Source: a virus (lineage: Duplodnaviria > Caudoviricetes). From it: a DNA stretch of 51,748 nt. Location of the stretch: positions 1-51,748 of the IMG/VR virus record IMGVR_UViG_3300021420_000007. One strand, written 5' to 3'. The notes under the pieces were generated by a model, which worked only from the letters and a program-made list of their open reading frames with translations, did not search any database and had not been told where the DNA came from. Position numbers and translations under genes: made by a program. Below, piece after piece: positions 46,873-51,748 of the stretch (within the stretch, counting starts at the first letter, position 1; every line of letters begins with the position of its first letter).

Positions 46873-48585
46873 ATGAACCAAACACCGTTAGCTGCTCTTG
46901 TGGCCGCCCTTGCTGTATCCACGCCTGCAGCGCAAGCTGCGCCTGTCAAGCCTCCCATGGTCATCTCGCGCGCATTGCGGGCCATTGCGCAACAGGTGCA
47001 GGACGGCGACCTTATTCATCCGCAGCGGCCCGAGCGTCCGGCTGATGTCTACAGTTTCCCTGAACTACCGCCCGGCGTTATTCCTAAGGACAAGACTGCG
47101 CTGACGATTGCAATGGACGGTGCTTACAGTGCCGCCGCGCCGGTCATACTGGCCACAGGAGAAGTCAAACGCACTGAACTTGCTATGGACTCGGGCGGCG
47201 GATTCGCGCCGTCGTGGGGTCTCCTAGGCGGCCAGGGATTCGCGGGCGGCCTATGGTTTCCGGGGTATCCGTACCTTGCTGAACTCACGCAAATATCCGA
47301 GTACCGCGAGCCATGTGAAACAATCGCCACGGAAATGACGCGCAAATGGTTCGAGCTACAGAGCAAGAGCGGCGGCGACAAGTCCGAGAAAATCGCACAG
47401 ATCATGGCCGAGTGCGAACGGCTCAAAGTGCGAGAGAATTTCTATCGGGCGTTCCTGCTTGATTGCGAATTCGGCCGCGGACAGATTTACTTGAATATTG
47501 CAGATGCTGACGAAGGCAAGCGGCAGCTACCTCTTGAGATATCGCCTGGGGGAATCCCTAAAGGCTCGCTCAAATCCATTCAATGTTTCGAGCCCTATTG
47601 GTCGACGCCATATTCATGGAATGCACAATATCCCGAGCGTACGGATTTCTACAAGCCCACGTCCTGGTACATCATGGGTCGCAAGACCCATAGCGACCGC
47701 ATACTAACGTTTATCGGCCGTGAAGTGCCCGACTTGCTCAAGCCGGCATACAACTTCAGCGGCATTTCAATGATTCAGCTAGGCGAGATGGCCGTAAACA
47801 TGTGGTTGCGGACCCGCAAGGCCGTCAATGATTTGATCAACAATTACTCGTTGCTTATCTTGTCGACTGATCTAGGGGCGACACTTGAGGAAGGCGGCGA
47901 ACCCGGTACGGGACTTATCCCCCGTCTGAAAGCATTGACAGCTTTGCGCAACAATCAGGGCGTCAATGCGATCAACAAAGACTCTGAGGAAATGGCATTC
48001 GCTGAAGCGACGCTGGCCGGTCTTGATAAATTACAGGCGCAAAGCCAGGAGCATATGGCGGCCGTGTGGGGCATACCTCTAGTCAAGCTCACGGGTGTTA
48101 CGCCCTCGGGCCTCAACGCTTCTAGCGAAGGCGAGATAACGGTATGGTATGACCGGGTCGGCGCCATGCAGGTACGCATAGGGCAACCCAATCTCGAAAT
48201 CTTGCTCAAGGCTATACAGTGCTCACTGTTCGGCGCAATCGACGATGATCTTGTGGTGCATTGGATTACGCTTGACGAGCCGACCGAAAAAGAACTGAGC
48301 GAGATTCGTAAGAGCGACGCCGATATGGATACGGGCTATATCAACGCTGGCGTGATATCGCCCGACGAAGCCCGTACGCGCATACAGAGCGACCCGGATT
48401 CGGGTTACTCGAACTTGACCGGGCCGGCGCCCGAGCCTGAACCCGACCCTGAGCCAACGACCGACCCCGAAAGCGACGCATCACGTGAGCATGAATCGAC
48501 CGAAGCTGACAAGGACCGCAAGCATGAATTGGCGTTGGCCAAGACGCCGCCTGCCGTGCCGATTCGAGCCAAGACGGGCGAATAG
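46873..48585 (+). CDS. Portal protein (DUF1073-like)
   Basis: FPGYPYLAELTQ..EYR, YNFSGISM and IPLVKLTGVTPSGLNASSEGE motifs. Confidence 0.9.
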   Translation: MNQTPLAALVAALAVSTPAAQAAPVKPPMVISRALRAIAQQVQDGDLIHPQRPERPADVYSFPELPPGVIPKDKTALTIAMDGAYSAAAPVILATGEVKRTELAMDSGGGFAPSWGLLGGQGFAGGLWFPGYPYLAELTQISEYREPCETIATEMTRKWFELQSKSGGDKSEKIAQIMAECERLKVRENFYRAFLLDCEFGRGQIYLNIADADEGKRQLPLEISPGGIPKGSLKSIQCFEPYWSTPYSWNAQYPERTDFYKPTSWYIMGRKTHSDRILTFIGREVPDLLKPAYNFSGISMIQLGEMAVNMWLRTRKAVNDLINNYSLLILSTDLGATLEEGGEPGTGLIPRLKALTALRNNQGVNAINKDSEEMAFAEATLAGLDKLQAQSQEHMAAVWGIPLVKLTGVTPSGLNASSEGEITVWYDRVGAMQVRIGQPNLEILLKAIQCSLFGAIDDDLVVHWITLDEPTEKELSEIRKSDADMDTGYINAGVISPDEARTRIQSDPDSGYSNLTGPAPEPEPDPEPTTDPESDASREHESTEADKDRKHELALAKTPPAVPIRAKTGE

Positions 48586-48622
48586 TTGACAAGCGTGTCG
48601 AGCGCTGATAGTTTCGCGTCTC

Positions 48623-48859
48623 ATGCAAACACCAATTGTTGACGAGTATTCGGCGACCCGTATTGCACAGTCGATACGAACCGCTGCGGAAATGGGAAAA
48701 CGGCTTAATTCGTGCGGACTAAATCGGCGAGCGGTCGTGATTCTTTTACAGGATGCTACCGGCGTGGCCCAACGAGATATCAAATTGATTCTCGACGCAC
48801 TGCCGAAATTGTCCGCGTTTTATCTCACTGCACCAAACCCGCCGTCACGCAAGCCATGA
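48623..48859 (+). CDS. Hypothetical protein (probably leaderless)
   Basis: TTGACA-17-TAGTTT-8nt-ATG; GLNRRAVVILLQDATG. Confidence 0.65.
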   Translation: MQTPIVDEYSATRIAQSIRTAAEMGKRLNSCGLNRRAVVILLQDATGVAQRDIKLILDALPKLSAFYLTAPNPPSRKP

Positions 48860-49299
48860 GACAACCCGACTTGATTATCGGTCCCCGCGACAACCCGCAG
48901 ACTCTACGGTGGCATATCTTCGTTTGGCGCGGCTGGCAGTTATCCCTGCACAAATGGCTACGCTCGGATGACGACCGCGCTCCACACGACCACAAAGCGG
49001 ATAACGTCTCGATACTGCTTATTGGCTGTTTCCGCGAAATGGTCCGCGGAATTGACGGCGTTGACCGATGGTATTTGCGCTGGCCTCTGCGCCCGTATTT
49101 CCGCAAGGGCGAAACGCTGCATCGCGTCGCGCTTCTATCTGAGCGGCCCGTATGGTCGCTATGGCTGCGATGGCCCGCGCGTCGGCGTTGGGGTTATGGC
49201 TGCCCTAAGGGATGGGTTGATGCCGACGATTACAACAGCAACAAACAGGATGAATATTACGCTACAGGCATTAGCGAAGTAGGGCGCGGATGCGGGTAA
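48856..49299 (+). CDS. Cupin-like phage protein
   Basis: LH…SDDDRAPHDH…S.LL.G…E…HRV motif; ATGA-coupled start at 48856. Confidence 0.7.
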   Translation: MRQPDLIIGPRDNPQTLRWHIFVWRGWQLSLHKWLRSDDDRAPHDHKADNVSILLIGCFREMVRGIDGVDRWYLRWPLRPYFRKGETLHRVALLSERPVWSLWLRWPARRRWGYGCPKGWVDADDYNSNKQDEYYATGISEVGRGCG

Positions 49300-49460
49300 A
49301 AAAGCAAAGCATGCGGCAAGTGAAAGATGCTGCGCTTATCGGCGATGCAGTCGAACTGACTACGCCGCACCGACAGCCGAAAATACCTAAACTTTCAACA
49401 AAACTAGCTAGCGGAACATACTTCCGTGGCGCATTGATTCACCGTAGAACAGGAGTTTAA
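49290..49460 (+). CDS. 56-aa basic hypothetical protein
   Basis: Hand-found ORF filling the gap between neighbouring genes. Confidence 0.35.
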   Translation: MRVKKQSMRQVKDAALIGDAVELTTPHRQPKIPKLSTKLASGTYFRGALIHRRTGV

Positions 49461-49465
49461 TAGAC

Positions 49466-49756
49466 ATGGCGACGAAACCGAAAACATTAGCCGATTTTAA
49501 GGCTGCTCACGACCCCAACGTGATTGTGCCGAACAAAATACGCGTGGCATTGGCGGCTATCGAAAAAGAAGGGCCCGAAAACTGGCTGTACGAAGCTGAC
49601 TTTTTGAAATTGTCCGGATTGAGTACGACTCAGTTAGCTATGTTCCGCGATCAATTCGCCGCTCATATCGTGGAAGCGGCCGGCACTCGTAGCGGTAAAT
49701 CTGCCAAGCGTGTTTACTTCGGAAATGCTAAAGTAGCTGCCAAACTCCGAGGGTAA
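49466..49756 (+). CDS. Hypothetical protein (shares DFKAAHDP with the next gene)
   Basis: AGGAG SD; 96 aa. Confidence 0.75.
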   Translation: MATKPKTLADFKAAHDPNVIVPNKIRVALAAIEKEGPENWLYEADFLKLSGLSTTQLAMFRDQFAAHIVEAAGTRSGKSAKRVYFGNAKVAAKLRG

Positions 49757-49759
49757 ACC

Positions 49760-50833
49760 ATGACACGCACAGCTAAAGATTTCAAAGCCGCTCATGATCC
49801 AGCAACTATCATTGCCGATCTGCGCCGACAATTAGAAGAGGCGCACACAGTGGCCAGCACGGCCGACGCACTGCGCGATGTTCTCGATACGGCCAAGCTG
49901 GCAACGCAAGAACTTGACTTGCCGAAATGGGTGGTTGAACCCAAGAAAGCTAAGGCGCCTGGCGTGCCTAAAATTATGTTGAGTGATTTGCATTGGGGCG
50001 AACAAGTGCGGTCCTCGCAAATCGGTGGCGTGAATTCGTACAACCTCGTTATTGCTCGACGCCGGTTGCGGCACGTGATTGAAACCGTAATCTCATTGTG
50101 TAGGATTCTCGATCCGACTATGTCGTATCCTGGAATTGTCTGCCCGCTCGGTGGTGATATCATAAGCGGCAACATTCACGATGAGTTGGCGGCAACTAAT
50201 GAACTAAACACCATGCCTACCGTCGTGGATATTTACAAGAATCTCATTGGAATCATTACGCTGCTTGCCGATACGTTCGGCCACGTGTTTCTACCTTGCG
50301 TGAGCGGCAACCATGACCGCGACACGAAAAAGATTTGGAGCAAGGATCGCAACCACACGTCATTCGGTTGGTTGCTCTATCAGTTATTGGCTGCGCATTT
50401 CGAGCATGACGAACGTGTCACGTTTTACATTCCCGACGGATCGGATGCACTATATCGCATCTACGGAACGCGATACCTGTTAACGCACGGCGATCAATTC
50501 CGAGGCGGCGACGGTATCATTGGGCCGCTTGGTCCTGTCACACGGGGCGAGCAAAAGAAAAACACACGTAATGCTGCGGTCGGCCAAGATTACGACGTGA
50601 TGGAATTCGGCCATTTCCACAAGCGGATGTTGACAGCGCGATTGCGCGGCAATGGTTCGCTCAAGGGATATGATGAATACGCGGCTGACAACAATTTTGG
50701 GTTTGAGCCGGCGTCGCAGAATTTTTGGGTTACGCATCCTGACCACGGTATTACATTTGACGCGCCCGTGTACGCTGACGCCGCCGTCAAGCGTGTCAAG
50801 ACGCTGCCGTGGGTTTCGGTACCCGGTAAATGA
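49760..50833 (+). CDS. Calcineurin-like metallophosphoesterase
   Basis: SDLH, GGD, GNHD, THGD and GHFH motifs. Confidence 0.9.
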   Translation: MTRTAKDFKAAHDPATIIADLRRQLEEAHTVASTADALRDVLDTAKLATQELDLPKWVVEPKKAKAPGVPKIMLSDLHWGEQVRSSQIGGVNSYNLVIARRRLRHVIETVISLCRILDPTMSYPGIVCPLGGDIISGNIHDELAATNELNTMPTVVDIYKNLIGIITLLADTFGHVFLPCVSGNHDRDTKKIWSKDRNHTSFGWLLYQLLAAHFEHDERVTFYIPDGSDALYRIYGTRYLLTHGDQFRGGDGIIGPLGPVTRGEQKKNTRNAAVGQDYDVMEFGHFHKRMLTARLRGNGSLKGYDEYAADNNFGFEPASQNFWVTHPDHGITFDAPVYADAAVKRVKTLPWVSVPGK

Positions 50834-51168
50834 GTCTTCCAACCGATGCGGCGGAGCGTAAAGCGCTGCCCGTTTTTACGTACGTCACGGAGTATTTCCT
50901 CGACGCGTTGCTGGCTGAAGTTGCTGTGGCTGTCGCGGGCAACGAACAGCATAATCCAGGTGAGCCATTGCACTGGGCTCGATCCAAATCTGCCGATCAC
51001 ATGGATAGCGCCTTACGTCATATGCTCGATCACAAGAAAAATCCGCGCGACATTGACGGGCAGTACCATTTAGCAAAAGCCATATGGCGCCTCAAGGCTG
51101 AATTGCAGTTACTGATAGAATCTGAGCATGCCGCAGTTACGCGCCAACCCGCCGCCGAACCAACGTAA
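50830..51168 (+). CDS. DUF5664-like (dATP/dGTP diphosphohydrolase N-terminal-like) protein
   Basis: RKALP..YF.DAL..V…GNEQHNPGEPLHW..S.DH.D…RH…HLAKA.WR pattern. Confidence 0.7.
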   Translation: MSLPTDAAERKALPVFTYVTEYFLDALLAEVAVAVAGNEQHNPGEPLHWARSKSADHMDSALRHMLDHKKNPRDIDGQYHLAKAIWRLKAELQLLIESEHAAVTRQPAAEPT

Positions 51169-51748
51169 ACCCGTCACACTGCGCCCGATTCATGCGAGCG
51201 CGGCGACGGCGGCCTGGTACTTCGTTGAGCTTGAGCGGTTTGCGAATGCTATGCGGGCTGACGTTGAGCGGCATGTGCTAGCGGTATACGGTTCACTCGA
51301 ACCGCAAGAAATGGCGCACGACGCCGCCAACCCTTCGTTGTTACTGCGCGCGGCGTTACGTAAATGGGGCGGCTTGTGGATCAGTCGATTTGATCGGCTA
51401 TCATTGGATCTTGGTCAAGCCTTCGCGCGAAAATCGTTCGGCATTACGCAGACGCAAATGCGCGCGGCGTTGAAAGACGCCGGCTTTACCGTCAAGTTCG
51501 ATCCGACACCCGCGAGCCGCGCCGCGTACCAGTTGGTCATTGCTGAACAAGTCAATCTCATCAAATCGATACCTGCGCAATATCTCAAGGATGTTGAGAG
51601 TAAAGTGTGGAATTCAGTCATGAAGGGTGCCGACATGCATGCGCTGGCGACGGACCTACGAAAAACCTACGGTGTGTCGCGTGACCGGGCGGCCACGATA
51701 GCAAGGGATCAGAACAACAAAGCCAAGGCCATCATTGAGAAAACGCGC
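51128..51748 (+). CDS. Head morphogenesis protein, 5' part (continues into 128-388; about 293 aa in total)
   Basis: ATG at 51128 is in frame (507 nt) with the ORF at 14; MPQLRANPPPNQRKPVTLRPIHAS…VNLIKSIPAQYL. Confidence 0.85.
   Translation, partial: MPQLRANPPPNQRKPVTLRPIHASAATAAWYFVELERFANAMRADVERHVLAVYGSLEPQEMAHDAANPSLLLRAALRKWGGLWISRFDRLSLDLGQAFARKSFGITQTQMRAALKDAGFTVKFDPTPASRAAYQLVIAEQVNLIKSIPAQYLKDVESKVWNSVMKGADMHALATDLRKTYGVSRDRAATIARDQNNKAKAIIEKTR
51622..51748. repeat. Terminal overlap copy of 1-127
   Basis: Exact identity. Confidence 0.95.

Noticed and set aside
49760-51168. Diaminopurine (Z) genome pathway
   Set aside because: No PurZ/adenylosuccinate-synthetase-like or HD-domain dATPase gene is recognisable.
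51622-51748. Terminal direct repeat as a biological DTR
   Set aside because: It is exactly 127 bp (a typical assembler k-mer) and falls mid-gene, so it is best explained as circular overlap.
1-51748. Genome-wide stop-codon reassignment
   Set aside because: TGA, TAG and TAA all end conserved genes at expected lengths, and many ATGA overlaps exist.

Overview
The window is an apparently complete, circularly assembled genome of a tailed dsDNA phage with a contractile tail (about 51.6 kb unique). Bases 1-127 are repeated exactly at 51622-51748, and the head-morphogenesis gene runs across that join. The head and tail gene order resembles Bcep781/OP2-type myoviruses: DUF1073 portal, SPP1-gp7/Mu-F-like protein, DUF2213 protease, DUF2184 capsid, DUF4054, DUF3383 sheath, Gp138-type spike, baseplate J and DUF2612. 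A lysis cassette with an embedded Rz/Rz1 spanin pair points to a Gram-negative host. The replication block encodes a PolA-family polymerase, SSB, DUF2800 nuclease, SF2 helicase, VRR-NUC nuclease, a split prim-pol/VirE pair and a TetR-like regulator. Two clusters of small leftward early genes are present. I saw no integrase, tRNA, CRISPR array or reverse transcriptase. The most notable observations are: (1) an in-frame extension past the SSB UGA stop that ends in an SSB-type IPF tail and abuts the polymerase start; (2) a baseplate DUF2612 protein carrying LamG and three PASTA domains; (3) a -10 box / 6-8 nt / ATG leaderless architecture at nine genes; (4) a TGAC-N6-GTCA operator set overlapping -35 boxes; (5) a cupin/phosphoesterase/DUF5664 island between the portal and head genes, with a shared DFKAAHDP peptide; (6) an Acb2/Tad1-like candidate; and (7) a G-quadruplex-type tract inside an inverted repeat upstream of terS. 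All family calls come from motifs recognised by eye, not from database searches.
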